Below, in pieces: positions 8,817 through 19,125 of a DNA stretch of 64,000 nucleotides. This stretch comes from Ignavibacteria bacterium. GTDB taxonomy: Bacteria; Bacteroidota; Ignavibacteria; Tepidaquicellales; OLB5. The position numbers and the translations under genes were made by a program. The notes beneath the pieces are model-generated. The model saw nothing but the letters and a program-made list of their open reading frames with translations, was not told where the DNA came from and ran no database searches. How positions within the stretch are numbered: the stretch's first letter is position 1; every line of letters begins with the position of its first letter. Location: NCBI GenBank assembly GCA_030835025.1, contig JAUQWS010000109.1, positions 61,847-125,846 of the forward strand, given 5' to 3'.

Positions 8817-10035
8817 ATCTCAGTGCATCAACGGGATCGAGCTTGCTGGCAGACCAGGCAGGGAAGAAACCTGCAACTATTCCTGCTATTGCCGATATCA
8901 CCAAAGCAACTACAATCACCCAAAGCGGCATTACTGTTGGCAGCAGAAATGCATCGATCACAAGGCTGACAGGGAAGGCTATCAGAAGTCCCAAAGTACC
9001 GCCAACAAGGCAAATAGTCACGGCTTCAATAAGGAATTGAAGCAGAATCGTGCTTCGCTTAGCTCCGATTGCCTTACGGATCCCGATTTCCTTGGTACGT
9101 TCTTTGACCGAAACAAACATTATATTCGCAATTCCAATTGAGCCAACTATGAGCGATAGCAATGTGATAGCTGTTCCAATAGTTTTGATAAGGGCTGTCA
9201 ATGATTCATATGTTTGCTTAAAAGCTTCCTGCTGATTGATCCCGAAATCTTCTTTGCCTGTTATTGGAATCTTTCTTGCCCGTTTCATAACAGAACGGAC
9301 CTCTTCCTTAGTGTCTTCAAGTGCATCTACACTTGTGGCCTTAATGTTTATAGTCAGCGATCTTTTTGTGCCGAAGATCTTAAAGAAACTCTTTATCGGT
9401 ATAATAACCCTGTTATCTAAACTGAAAAGCCCCAGCATACTTCCCATTTTATCATAGGTGCCGATTACCTTGAAATTATGTCCGTCTATCTGTATTACTT
9501 TCCCGATCGGATCTACTGATTGGAAGAATGCATCTTTTATATCATACCCAATTACACAAACTCCCCACCCGCCGTCTGATTCTCGCTTGGTGAAGAATCT
9601 TCCTTCAGCAACTTCAAGTCCCAGGGTTTTCTGATATTCATCAGTTGTTCCGAACACCGGCATGTTTTCGCTGACAAAATCCTGATAAGTAACTGTCGCA
9701 CCCGAACCTACTGTTGGGCAGACGGATTCAGCGCTTGAAATATTATCCAATGCATACTCAAACTGCTGCCAGTCAATATCCCTCCGGTTGCGGTAAACTG
9801 ACCAATCCTCTTTTCCGAACCATTCAAACTTCTGAACATAGAGTACATCAGCCCCGACCGCAGAAATACTTTTTTCAAAAGCGCGGTTTATACCTTCAAT
9901 AGCCGTTTGCAGAATGGTCACAGTCATAATGCCAATGACAATTCCAAGTGTTGCCAAAAAAGAACGTACTTTGTTAGCCCTGATGGAATTCAGTGAAATT
10001 ACTACTGCTTCTTTTATTTCGGCAAGGAAATTCAA
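8809..10035 (-). CDS. ABC transporter permease, MacB/LolCE (FtsX) type (second, distinct paralog)
   Basis: 408 aa with the same architecture. FtsX block ERTKEIGIRKAIGAKRSTILLQFLIEA. Confidence 0.85.
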   Translation of the reverse strand: MNFLAEIKEAVVISLNSIRANKVRSFLATLGIVIGIMTVTILQTAIEGINRAFEKSISAVGADVLYVQKFEWFGKEDWSVYRNRRDIDWQQFEYALDNISSAESVCPTVGSGATVTYQDFVSENMPVFGTTDEYQKTLGLEVAEGRFFTKRESDGGWGVCVIGYDIKDAFFQSVDPIGKVIQIDGHNFKVIGTYDKMGSMLGLFSLDNRVIIPIKSFFKIFGTKRSLTINIKATSVDALEDTKEEVRSVMKRARKIPITGKEDFGINQQEAFKQTYESLTALIKTIGTAITLLSLIVGSIGIANIMFVSVKERTKEIGIRKAIGAKRSTILLQFLIEAVTICLVGGTLGLLIAFPVSLVIDAFLLPTVMPLWVIVVALVISAIAGIVAGFFPAWSASKLDPVDALRYE

Positions 10036-10036
10036 T

Positions 10037-11551
10037 TCAGAATTTTGTCATTTCGTTCTTGATCTTACCTTCCATTGAGTCCTTGAAGTCATAATCATAA
10101 TCAATATCCATTGCTTTATCAAACCAGCTTTCTGCTTCTTTCTTATTTCCTGATCTCAGGTAACATCTGCCAATCTGGTAGTAAGCTTCGGGCACAAGCC
10201 ATTTCTCGTTTTGGGGATTTAGTGAGAGATTGAGCTTAAACTGCTCGATGGCTTTATCATAATCTTTCTGCTTGAAATACAACTGACCCATGCCGTGATT
10301 AACCTGAACTTTTTCGTCATCGTTGTAGCCTGCAGTGCCTGCGATCAGCAATGAGTATATCTGCTGAGATTCACCAAGTTTGCCAACAGCCCGGTAATTA
10401 TCGGCAAGTATCAGCATTGAATCGACTTTTGTCAACGGAGCTGCCTCTCTTTGACGCAGCTTCCTGAGCCAGTATTTCTCCCATTGGTTCTCATCTTTGA
10501 TATCTGTCCTGGCTTTTCTGTAAAATTCCAACGCTTCGTTTCTGTTGCCCATCAACTCCAGCGAAACTCCGATACTGTGCAGCCGGTTATTCATATTTTC
10601 ATCTTTGGTAAGATAAGCAATGAATCTTTTCCCGTAATCGGCTGCTTTATCAAAAACGTTCATTCTGAAATAAGCAGTGCTAAGCGCTCCATAAGCAGTC
10701 CTGAATATTATCTCTGATTCTTTGCCTTTATTGAATTCAAGCGATTTCTCATAAGCTTCAACAGCTTCAACCATTTTATCCTGCTGTGAAAGAAGTCCGC
10801 CCCAAACCATCCAAACAGCCGGACTCTGCGGATATTTAGCTTTCAGCTGATTAGCATTCTGTTCAGCTTCAGGATAATTTTCTTCTCTCCACAAAAGCAG
10901 TGTCAAATAGAATTTCGCTTCGCTATTAGTGTATGTTCCTTTTTCCGAAGCCTGCTGCAGGAGTCTTTTGCCCTCATCCCGGTTCCCTTCGAACCCGAGA
11001 ATCGATGTGAGCCACTGCAACTTGCGGGGGATGAATGTAGTCAGGTAATTGAAAACGCCGAGTCCGAGAGCAGCATCATTATATGCAGGATTCTTTTCAA
11101 GCACGAATTTAAGATGATTGCTCCCGTCTTTGATCTCCGAGGCTGCTTTTAGGTAATTTTCTCCCATCAAACCTACTGCAAAAGCACGGATAGTGTACGT
11201 CCAGCCGAGGTAAAGCCTTGCATCAAGATCGTTCTCATTCTTATCAAGAACATTCTCGCATTTTTCAACCAGCTTGTCCGAAAGGTTCATAAACGTTTCA
11301 TAATCTGACTTATTTCTTGTCAGCAGTGCTTTCCAGGAATATATCGTCTGTTCGAAAAAATGTCCGCGAAGATCATTGGGTGCAAGGTTTTTTGCTTCCT
11401 GGAATTTGCTTAGGGCTGCAGGAAAATCCATATTATACTCTGCATCAATGCCCTCTATGATCAGGTTATGCACCTTGCCGAAATCTTGGGCAAGGAGTTG
11501 AAATGTTAACAATAAAAACAATGCCGCTATTCTCAATAAACCGCTTGCCAA
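10037..11551 (-). CDS. secreted tetratricopeptide-repeat protein
   Basis: Signal peptide IAALFLLLTFQLLAQ. Repeated A..Y/F..A/L...P helical-pair motifs throughout. There is a 1-nt gap to the downstream permease. Confidence 0.7.
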   Translation of the reverse strand: MASGLLRIAALFLLLTFQLLAQDFGKVHNLIIEGIDAEYNMDFPAALSKFQEAKNLAPNDLRGHFFEQTIYSWKALLTRNKSDYETFMNLSDKLVEKCENVLDKNENDLDARLYLGWTYTIRAFAVGLMGENYLKAASEIKDGSNHLKFVLEKNPAYNDAALGLGVFNYLTTFIPRKLQWLTSILGFEGNRDEGKRLLQQASEKGTYTNSEAKFYLTLLLWREENYPEAEQNANQLKAKYPQSPAVWMVWGGLLSQQDKMVEAVEAYEKSLEFNKGKESEIIFRTAYGALSTAYFRMNVFDKAADYGKRFIAYLTKDENMNNRLHSIGVSLELMGNRNEALEFYRKARTDIKDENQWEKYWLRKLRQREAAPLTKVDSMLILADNYRAVGKLGESQQIYSLLIAGTAGYNDDEKVQVNHGMGQLYFKQKDYDKAIEQFKLNLSLNPQNEKWLVPEAYYQIGRCYLRSGNKKEAESWFDKAMDIDYDYDFKDSMEGKIKNEMTKF

Positions 11552-11567
11552 AATAATCTACCTCTGC

Positions 11568-12305
11568 CTAATTATTAGTTAATATTTCAGTGCTTTTTGA
11601 TTTTGTGTGATTATCGCCTTTATCGGTTATCTTATCGGATTCAATCAATCCATCCCTGAGTTTAATAACTCTATGTGCATGCTCAGCAATGAAATCTTCG
11701 TGAGTGACAAGAATAATTGTATTTCCCTGCGAATGCAAATGGTCAAAAAGCTCCATAATTTCATCGCCCGTCTTTGAATCAAGATTGCCTGTGGGTTCAT
11801 CAGCTAAGATGATAGAAGGATTGTTCACAAGCGCTCTTGCTATTGCCACTCTTTGCCGCTGACCGCCGGAAAGCTCATTAGGTTTATGATGCATCCTGTC
11901 CTGCAATCCAACTTTAACAAGTGCATCTTCAGCCTGCTCAATTCGTTTTGATTTTGATATGCCAGCATATATCAAAGGCAATTCAACATTGTGCAGAGCA
12001 TTTGAGCGGGGGAGAAGGTTAAAAGTCTGAAATACAAACCCGATCTCTTTATTTCTTGCAATTGCAAGCTCGTTGTCATCCATTTCGCTAACGCTTTGAC
12101 CGTTCAGTTCATAGTATCCAGATGTTGGTGTATCAAGACATCCTATTATGTTCATCAGGGTTGATTTTCCTGAACCGGAAGGTCCCATAATTGCCACATA
12201 TTCATTTTTATGGATAGTGATAGTGATACCTTTAAGAGCATAAAGCTCTTCAACACCCATTACGTAGAGCTTCACAACATCCTTTGTTTTTATGATCTCT
12301 TCCAA
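11568..12305 (-). CDS. ABC transporter ATP-binding protein (MacB/LolD type)
   Basis: Walker [10 protein letters not shown], signature [15 protein letters not shown], Walker [12 protein letters not shown]. Confidence 0.9.
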   Translation of the reverse strand: MEEIIKTKDVVKLYVMGVEELYALKGITITIHKNEYVAIMGPSGSGKSTLMNIIGCLDTPTSGYYELNGQSVSEMDDNELAIARNKEIGFVFQTFNLLPRSNALHNVELPLIYAGISKSKRIEQAEDALVKVGLQDRMHHKPNELSGGQRQRVAIARALVNNPSIILADEPTGNLDSKTGDEIMELFDHLHSQGNTIILVTHEDFIAEHAHRVIKLRDGLIESDKITDKGDNHTKSKSTEILTNN

Positions 12306-12308
12306 GGG

Positions 12309-13616
12309 TTATTCTTCCTTATCGTCTTTTTTCTTTATTTCATTATCAACTTTAACAATAGTGCCGTCATCAAGTTCCTTACTTATGGATTTATACGGAC
12401 CCTTTACCACTGTTTTATCAGGTTCTAAACCTTCCAGTACTTCGATATACCTGTCATCACTGATCCCGGTCTTTACTTCCACTTTTTTAACTTTCTGCGG
12501 GCTGCCATCTTCAACTATAAAGACTATTTCCTTCGGCTTTTCCTTTTTCTTCACATTCTCATCAGACTTTCTTTTCACATCGTCAGCATTAGTATCTTCT
12601 GTGGTTTTCTCCTCATCTCTTGCCGTTACACATTGGATCGGGACGGCAATAACATCGCTTTTGGAATTAACTTTAATATCTGCATTGCATGACATCCCCG
12701 GCTTCAGCGAAACATCCTGGTCAATTATCCGTATTTTGACTATGAAATTTATTACCTGCTCCTGCGTCCCAAGGCCCTTTGATTTTGCAGAGTTAGAAAT
12801 CTCATAAACATATCCCTTAATGATCCTGTCAGGGAATGCATCGACTTCAACATCAGCTGTATCTCCGATCTTAACATGAGTAACGTCATTTTCACTGACT
12901 TCAATTTCAGCATCCATAACAGATAGGTCAGAGACTGTCATGATCACCGTTCCTGCCATCTGCTGGGTGCCTACTACTTTTTCGCCCAATTCGTTGTTAA
13001 GCTGTGTCACAATGCCGTCCATTGTTGAGCGAATAGTGGCTTTTGAGAGGTCCTGCGAGCTTTGCCGAAGCATTGCGATATTCTGCCTTACGTTCGCATT
13101 GGCGCTTTTGACCTGCGACTGTGCTACCTGGTAAGCAATACGCGCGTTATCAAGGTCAGATTGTGAAACAAGGCCGCTATTAAACAGCTGCTCAGTTCTT
13201 TGCAGTTCAAGCTCTGCCTTCCTCAGGTTATTTTCAGCAACCTCAACCTGCGTTCTTGAATATTGGACTCCGGCCTGCTGCTGGTTGATCCTCTCACCGT
13301 AGGTTTCTGCACGGATCTTGACCAAAAGATCACCCTTTTTTACTGTATCACCCTCTTTATAAGGAAGCTGAACAATCTCGCCGCTGATCTCTGCGCTGAT
13401 ATCGACCTTGGTTTCGGGATTTATCGTGCCTGTACCGGAAACTACCTGTGTAATATTCCTTCTGGATATTTTCTCGGTCTGGACAGTTACCTGTTTTTCT
13501 TTTTTCCCTGACACAACGAAAGCAATTATTATGAGTAATATTACTCCGCCGATAATAGAGAACAATAATACTTTTTTACTTTTCTTCTTTTTTATTTTGG
13601 GTTTTATGTCTGCCAT
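12309..13616 (-). CDS. efflux periplasmic adaptor (HlyD/MacA membrane-fusion family)
   Basis: N-terminal TM anchor, lipoyl-like GDTVKKGDLLVKI, a long coiled-coil hairpin, and beta-barrel/MP domains. Ends 3 nt before the ATPase start. Confidence 0.85.
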   Translation of the reverse strand: MADIKPKIKKKKSKKVLLFSIIGGVILLIIIAFVVSGKKEKQVTVQTEKISRRNITQVVSGTGTINPETKVDISAEISGEIVQLPYKEGDTVKKGDLLVKIRAETYGERINQQQAGVQYSRTQVEVAENNLRKAELELQRTEQLFNSGLVSQSDLDNARIAYQVAQSQVKSANANVRQNIAMLRQSSQDLSKATIRSTMDGIVTQLNNELGEKVVGTQQMAGTVIMTVSDLSVMDAEIEVSENDVTHVKIGDTADVEVDAFPDRIIKGYVYEISNSAKSKGLGTQEQVINFIVKIRIIDQDVSLKPGMSCNADIKVNSKSDVIAVPIQCVTARDEEKTTEDTNADDVKRKSDENVKKKEKPKEIVFIVEDGSPQKVKKVEVKTGISDDRYIEVLEGLEPDKTVVKGPYKSISKELDDGTIVKVDNEIKKKDDKEE

Positions 13617-13658
13617 ATTACTATAATGTTGTTTTCTCTTTTTCTGAACCGGAATTAA

Positions 13659-15044
13659 CTAATAATTCAACAAGCCCTGGTAATATTCAAGTGTTCTCTG
13701 GGCCAATATGAAATCGTAAATAAGATTTGACTTCGTAATCAGGATATTGTTCAGGTTTATCGATGCTGTATTTACATCAAGTATTGTGCCGATTCCAACT
13801 CGGTACGATTCTTCTGCCTGGAATTTGTTTTGCTGAGCGTTCTTTAAGCTTCTATCGGTAATTTCAATCTGCTTCAAAAGTGATTTTAGGTCAAGCACAG
13901 CCTTTCTCAGCTGAAGAGAAATCTGATTTTCAACAAGTTTCAAATCCTCTTTTGCTGAGCGGTAGTTGATCAAAGCAAGCTGCCGCTGATTATCATACTG
14001 GAATCCCTGGAAAATGGGGTAACTTAAAGTTAATCCGATCGTAAATATTCTCTGGTTGCTGATGTTTTCTATTTTATCTCCCGAAAGCGAGTATGAACCA
14101 AAGCCGCTCAGGGTAGGGAATAACTGCGAGCCTCTGGCGATCTCTATATTAGTTTGAACTATATCAAGATTATGCAATGATGATCTGTAATCATACCTGT
14201 TACCCAGGGCAACTCTCACCAGATTATCCGAATTAGAGTTCTGAAGTACATATGCTTCCATTGATTCAAATGGAACGTCCGTATTAAACTCGGCTTTGTT
14301 TACGGCATATGATCTTTCAAGAGGCAGATTGGCATCAAATGCAAGGTCTGATTTTGATTTGTTCAGATTATTCTTAGCCTGCTCTACCTGAAGCTCATTT
14401 TGAGCCACTACAACATCCTGGCTGTAAATATCAGACATTGTTCTTCTGCCGACTTCGACAAATATCCTGATCCTTTCCAATTGAGCTCTGGAATCTTCCA
14501 GCGTGGATTCATTTATCAACACGACCTGTTCATTCTTCAGGACGGTTATGTAATCAGCAAGAACCTTTATGGCAATATCCTGTTTAAGCTTCTTTAACTG
14601 GATCTGGTAAAATTGCCTGTTCTGCTTTGCAAGATCAACCTTATCATAGCTGGTAAAACCATCAAAAATGGTTACATCCGAGCGAAGTGAAAGCGAAAAA
14701 TTGTTGTTTGTCTCATTGCTTTCCGGAAGATTGACATTTATCCCTCCAATTACCTGCGAGCCGCCGGTTATTACCTGGTTTGACCTTGTCCAGCCGGTTG
14801 TGAACTTGAGATCAGGGAAGAGATTGCCGTAGCTGGCGCGAATATTGCTTTCCTGTGCTTCTATTGAATTTTGAGTCTTGATGATATTCGGATTGTTCTT
14901 GTAAGCATGGTTTATCGCCTCTTTAAGAGTGATATTGATTTCCTGTGTGCAGAGCTTTGCCGAAAGCACAAAAAATACCACCAGAAATAAAGAATACTTG
15001 ATCAATTTCATATGAACTTTCTTGGGATGAAGTTTACTCTTCAT
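13659..15044 (-). CDS. TolC-family outer-membrane efflux protein
   Basis: 461 aa. Duplicated coiled-coil/beta architecture and first gene of the operon. A better signal peptide begins at the internal ATG at 15011 (MKLIKYSLFLVVFFVLSA). Confidence 0.85.
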   Translation of the reverse strand: MKSKLHPKKVHMKLIKYSLFLVVFFVLSAKLCTQEINITLKEAINHAYKNNPNIIKTQNSIEAQESNIRASYGNLFPDLKFTTGWTRSNQVITGGSQVIGGINVNLPESNETNNNFSLSLRSDVTIFDGFTSYDKVDLAKQNRQFYQIQLKKLKQDIAIKVLADYITVLKNEQVVLINESTLEDSRAQLERIRIFVEVGRRTMSDIYSQDVVVAQNELQVEQAKNNLNKSKSDLAFDANLPLERSYAVNKAEFNTDVPFESMEAYVLQNSNSDNLVRVALGNRYDYRSSLHNLDIVQTNIEIARGSQLFPTLSGFGSYSLSGDKIENISNQRIFTIGLTLSYPIFQGFQYDNQRQLALINYRSAKEDLKLVENQISLQLRKAVLDLKSLLKQIEITDRSLKNAQQNKFQAEESYRVGIGTILDVNTASINLNNILITKSNLIYDFILAQRTLEYYQGLLNY

Positions 15045-15226
15045 AATTGGATTTGACGCAAAAACTTATGCTAAAGTTTCAAAATATAACTCATTTTTAT
15101 CAATTTAAATGTAAAAATGTGTTACGGAATTGAGATTAATCAACTATTTAAGAATGCAACTTTAGCTGTAATTGTACTATTTTTATATTTATATTATGTG
15201 TTAATTTGCAATAAATATTAATAGTT

Positions 15227-16360
15227 ATGAGCACAGCGATAAACTTAATTATAATGATAGTTTCACTAAACCTTTGGGCTTGTGCCAAAACAGAACATAA
15301 ACAGAATGTACCTGAAGTTCAGACCAAGCTCAATGTTCAGAGCGTTGAAGTTTTCTGCGAGGATCTGGAAGTACCGTGGAGCATTGTATTTACTTCGGAG
15401 AACCGGGTACTTGTTAATGAACGTCCGGGAAGATTGAGGATTATTAATAGCGGCAAACTTCTAAATGACCCATTGAAGGAGTTTCCTGAGGTTTCCAGCG
15501 GCTCTGAGGAGGGATTAATGGGGTTGGCACTTGATCCGGATTACTCCGTGAACAAACTCATATACTTAAGCTATGCATATGAAACAAGTGATGACCTGAG
15601 AGTAAAAATAGTCAGGTTTAAAGATAATGGTGATTTATTAAGCCTAGAGAAGACAATATTCGATAATATTCCGGCAGCAAGGTTTCATGCAGGATGCAGA
15701 TTGAGGTTTGGGCCGGATAAGAAGCTCTATATCACCACAGGTGATGCAGGTGAAAGGAAACTGGCTCAGGATATCAATAATCTTTACGGAAAGATCCTCA
15801 GGATTAACCCGGACGGGACTATTCCTCCTGATAATCCATTTGCAAATTCGCCCGTTTGGAGCTATGGCCACCGCAATCCACAGGGAATTGACTGGTACCC
15901 CGGTACTGAAATACTCTGGGAAACCGAGCATGGTCCAAGCGGTTTCGACGGTCCCGGAGGAGGTGATGAGGTTAATGTGATAGTTAAGGGCGGCAATTAC
16001 GGCTGGCCGGTTGTTTCGCATAATGAGAGCAAAGAGGGTATGATATCACCATTGCTGGTTTACACTCCCGCCGAAGCCCCCGCTTCAGGAGTGTTTTACA
16101 CATCTGAGAAAATTCCTGAATATAAGAACAATTTCTTTTTTGGATGCTTGAGGGGAAATGGAATAATAAGGGTTGTTGTTGATGAAGCTGATCACACAAA
16201 GGTCAAATCCTGGGAAAAACTGGCTGAGACGTACGGAAGGATACGGGATATAGCACAGGGTCCGGATGGTTACATATATTTTTCATCGAGTAACAGGGAC
16301 GGAAGGGGGAATGTGAAAAAAGGCGACGATAAGATTTATCGTATAAAAGCGAAACTCTAA
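15227..16360 (+). CDS. PQQ-dependent sugar (glucose/sorbosone) dehydrogenase, soluble beta-propeller type
   Basis: Lipoprotein-like leader (LNLWAC). Motifs GSEEGLMGLALDPDY, HAGCRLRFGPD, GHRNPQGIDW, GDEVN...GGNYGWP. Confidence 0.8.
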   Translation: MSTAINLIIMIVSLNLWACAKTEHKQNVPEVQTKLNVQSVEVFCEDLEVPWSIVFTSENRVLVNERPGRLRIINSGKLLNDPLKEFPEVSSGSEEGLMGLALDPDYSVNKLIYLSYAYETSDDLRVKIVRFKDNGDLLSLEKTIFDNIPAARFHAGCRLRFGPDKKLYITTGDAGERKLAQDINNLYGKILRINPDGTIPPDNPFANSPVWSYGHRNPQGIDWYPGTEILWETEHGPSGFDGPGGGDEVNVIVKGGNYGWPVVSHNESKEGMISPLLVYTPAEAPASGVFYTSEKIPEYKNNFFFGCLRGNGIIRVVVDEADHTKVKSWEKLAETYGRIRDIAQGPDGYIYFSSSNRDGRGNVKKGDDKIYRIKAKL

Positions 16361-16383
16361 TGACAAATGTCAAATAAAAGAAT

Positions 16384-16788
16384 ATGGTAAAACAAAAATT
16401 CCTGGGAAGATGGAAGCTGAAATCTGTAATAGTAAGGCATGATGACACTATAATTTACCCTTTCGGAAGGCATATAAAAGCAATTTTATTCTATGATGAA
16501 GAATACATGTCGGTACAAATAATGATGCCGCATGATGCACCATTGGAACATATGCCTGAGAAGAAACTGAAGCTCAAAGACCTTGCATGGGCTTTAAAGA
16601 ATTTGGGTTATATGGGATACTTTGGAAAGTATGAAATTGACGAAGAAAAAAAACATATAATCCATCATGTTGAAGGAGCTATTGTTCAAAGTCTGGTTGG
16701 AGGGCAGGAAGTCCGCAAGTACAAATTTGAGCATGGTGAAATGATACTTTCTGCTGGTCCGATGGAGTTGAAGTGGGTCAGGGGCTGA
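16384..16788 (+). CDS. lipocalin-like domain protein
   Basis: FLGRWKLKSV......I.YPFG...KAILFYDEEYMSVQIM pattern of the bacterial lipocalin-like domain family. Confidence 0.55.
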   Translation: MVKQKFLGRWKLKSVIVRHDDTIIYPFGRHIKAILFYDEEYMSVQIMMPHDAPLEHMPEKKLKLKDLAWALKNLGYMGYFGKYEIDEEKKHIIHHVEGAIVQSLVGGQEVRKYKFEHGEMILSAGPMELKWVRG

Positions 16789-16800
16789 TCTTGTGTTAGA

Positions 16801-18822
16801 CTATGATTCAATTATCACTTCACATTCGGGGAGTGAATTCAGGAAATGCCTGCCATAAGGTTTTTTGATTATTCTGCTATCCAGAATGCAGATTATACCT
16901 TCATCATTTCTGCTGCGTATCAATCTGCCGACGCCTTGTTTGAATTTTAGTATTGCCGAGGGCAGTGAATAATCCATAAACGGATTCCCTCCGTTTTCCA
17001 GAATAAATTCAAGCTTGGCTTCGATTACAGGATGGTCAGGGACTTCGAAGGGCAATTTTGTTACAATTACGTTTCTTAAACTGTTTCCGGGTATATCAAC
17101 TCCCATCCAGAAACTGTCAACTCCAAACAGGACTGAATTTTCATCATCGCGGAATTCCTGCAATATTCTGTTGTTCGGCATTCCATTATGCTGCGCAAAA
17201 AGTTTAATGCCTGAATCCAGGAACGGCTCCAGCAGCTTATTGTATGCTGATTTAAGGTTCCGTGTGTTAGTAAAAAGAACCAGTGCACCTCCGCTTGTCA
17301 GGTTTATACAATCGCTAACCTTATTGATCAGCAATCTCTCATAATCGCTTGATTCAAAAAGATCTGATACATTCTGTTTACGTCCTTTATCGGGTTCCGG
17401 CAGGCTCCCGAAAACATGTATCTTCATTTGTCTGCCGAAATCAAATGGGGAGTCCAGTATATCAGTCTTTATACCTTCTGCACCGATTGATTTGCTGAAA
17501 AACTCAAGCGTATGATTAGTCGAAAGCGTTGCGGAGGTCATAACACACTGCCTGTTGTGTGTAAACACGTTTTCTTTGAAGTATTTTGCCATATCAATGG
17601 GGGATATGCACAAATTAATATTGCTTCTCGCTCTGCCGGTATACTCCACCCAATAAACATAACCAGGGTCCTTTTGTTCCAGAAAGAATATGATGTTATT
17701 CCTTATCCTTGTTATCTTAGTGAAATAATTCTTTATCTCCGCTTCTTCAAGATCATTTTTCGCTAGAGGGGTAGCTTTCTTAAGCTCTATCGTCAGGTCA
17801 AGCATGGTGTTAAGAAGGTCTGCTCCGAGGTCTATCGGTTCTTTTATCCTGATGGTGCTCTTCTGGTTTTGCGCTTCGTATTTATGGTTTAGATACGTAT
17901 GCAGCCTTTTGAAGAATTGTTCATTCTCATGTGAAACCCTGTCTATGGTATATTTGATCCTGTTGGTATCTTTATTGGCAAAGAAGCCTTTGTCTTTTTT
18001 CGGATTATACATTTTGTTCAGCCAGAACCGTATCTGTTCTTTTGAAACCGAGGGTGAAACGCGCTCAGCTGCTATCTGTTCAACAGTATGCGCTTCATCA
18101 AACACTACAAAATCGTTGAAGTAAAGATAACCTTCTCCATCCCGTTCATAAAATCCAAAGAGTGTGAAAAAAAGATGATGGTTCAAAACAAGCAGATCAG
18201 CATCCTTCATCCTTTGCTTAGCCTGCTGGTAATAACAGTTCGTATCTGCTCCCCCGCATGATTTTTGAGTACACACACCCTCCTCGGCAAATATCTCGCT
18301 CCATACTTCATCATCAATAGGGAAATGCATATCCTGCCTTGTGCCTTTGCCTGTCTTATTGACAAAATCATAGATCTTCTGCAGAGTTTGCTGTTCAGAT
18401 GTGACAAATAGGCTGTTCTTATCTATCATCGCCTTGTTAAGCCTGCGTGTACAGATGTAATTATTCCGACCTTTAAGGATCTCGTATTTGAACTCCTCAG
18501 GCAGCAGTTTAGCAAGCTCCGGAATATCCTTATTCATTAGCTGTTCCTGCAGATTGATAGTGCAGGTTGAGATTATCGCTTTTTTTTCATTCCTAACGGC
18601 GTGAAGGATTGATGGAACAAGGTAAGCCAGTGATTTACCAATACCTGTCGGAGCCTCGATTATTAAATGCTGATTGTCTTCAATGGAGCCTGCGATCTTC
18701 CGGGCCATTAATTCCTGCTGCTGCCGGTATTCAAATCCCTCAAATTTTGAAAGCAAACCGGAAGGGGAGAAGATGTCCTTAATTTCGCTTGTAAACTCTG
18801 ACATATTTACAATTATAACCAA
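16801..18822 (-). CDS. dinG: ATP-dependent DNA helicase, DinG/XPD (Rad3) family
   Basis: Walker A EAPTGIGKSLAYL, DEAH box VVFDEAHTVE, four Cys for an Fe-S domain (YICTRR...GVCTQKSCGGADTNCYY), and C-terminal helicase motifs (SATL, GVDIPG, QGVGRLIR). Confidence 0.8.
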   Translation of the reverse strand: MVIIVNMSEFTSEIKDIFSPSGLLSKFEGFEYRQQQELMARKIAGSIEDNQHLIIEAPTGIGKSLAYLVPSILHAVRNEKKAIISTCTINLQEQLMNKDIPELAKLLPEEFKYEILKGRNNYICTRRLNKAMIDKNSLFVTSEQQTLQKIYDFVNKTGKGTRQDMHFPIDDEVWSEIFAEEGVCTQKSCGGADTNCYYQQAKQRMKDADLLVLNHHLFFTLFGFYERDGEGYLYFNDFVVFDEAHTVEQIAAERVSPSVSKEQIRFWLNKMYNPKKDKGFFANKDTNRIKYTIDRVSHENEQFFKRLHTYLNHKYEAQNQKSTIRIKEPIDLGADLLNTMLDLTIELKKATPLAKNDLEEAEIKNYFTKITRIRNNIIFFLEQKDPGYVYWVEYTGRARSNINLCISPIDMAKYFKENVFTHNRQCVMTSATLSTNHTLEFFSKSIGAEGIKTDILDSPFDFGRQMKIHVFGSLPEPDKGRKQNVSDLFESSDYERLLINKVSDCINLTSGGALVLFTNTRNLKSAYNKLLEPFLDSGIKLFAQHNGMPNNRILQEFRDDENSVLFGVDSFWMGVDIPGNSLRNVIVTKLPFEVPDHPVIEAKLEFILENGGNPFMDYSLPSAILKFKQGVGRLIRSRNDEGIICILDSRIIKKPYGRHFLNSLPECEVIIES

Positions 18823-19125
18823 TCATAGCATAATGTTGTAAGGTATTATTTCACGCTAAAAACTGCATCACATGATTTGATAATCATTCTCAAAAGAATT
18901 GAAGTTGCAATTTCGGAATTGTTGTATTATATTTGGGTATAGAGAGAAACTATAAAAAACATCTACCTTTTAAATTTCGTTTTCAACTAAAAATAGGAGC
19001 ATAAGCTATCTCCACAGGTTTACCTGTTTGTTTGCTGTTTAAATATCAGAGGAGAACAGTTGTAATGAATTATACAGGCTTGAATTAATTAAGCTGAACG
19101 TCTTTTCATTATAAGGAGGTAATTT

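Noticed and set aside
12292-12807. 171-aa plus-strand ORF, Ser/Phe/Leu-rich
   Set aside because: It lies entirely antisense to the well-supported MacA-like adaptor gene. It has low-complexity composition and no motif, so it is a typical shadow ORF.
16801-18822. DinG-family helicase considered as a possible defence-system component (for example type IV CRISPR-associated or other DinG-containing systems)
   Set aside because: It stands alone between a lipocalin-like gene and a secreted propeller gene. There are no nuclease, Cas, methylase or other defence partners, and the full XPD-type Fe-S and helicase motifs fit a housekeeping repair helicase.
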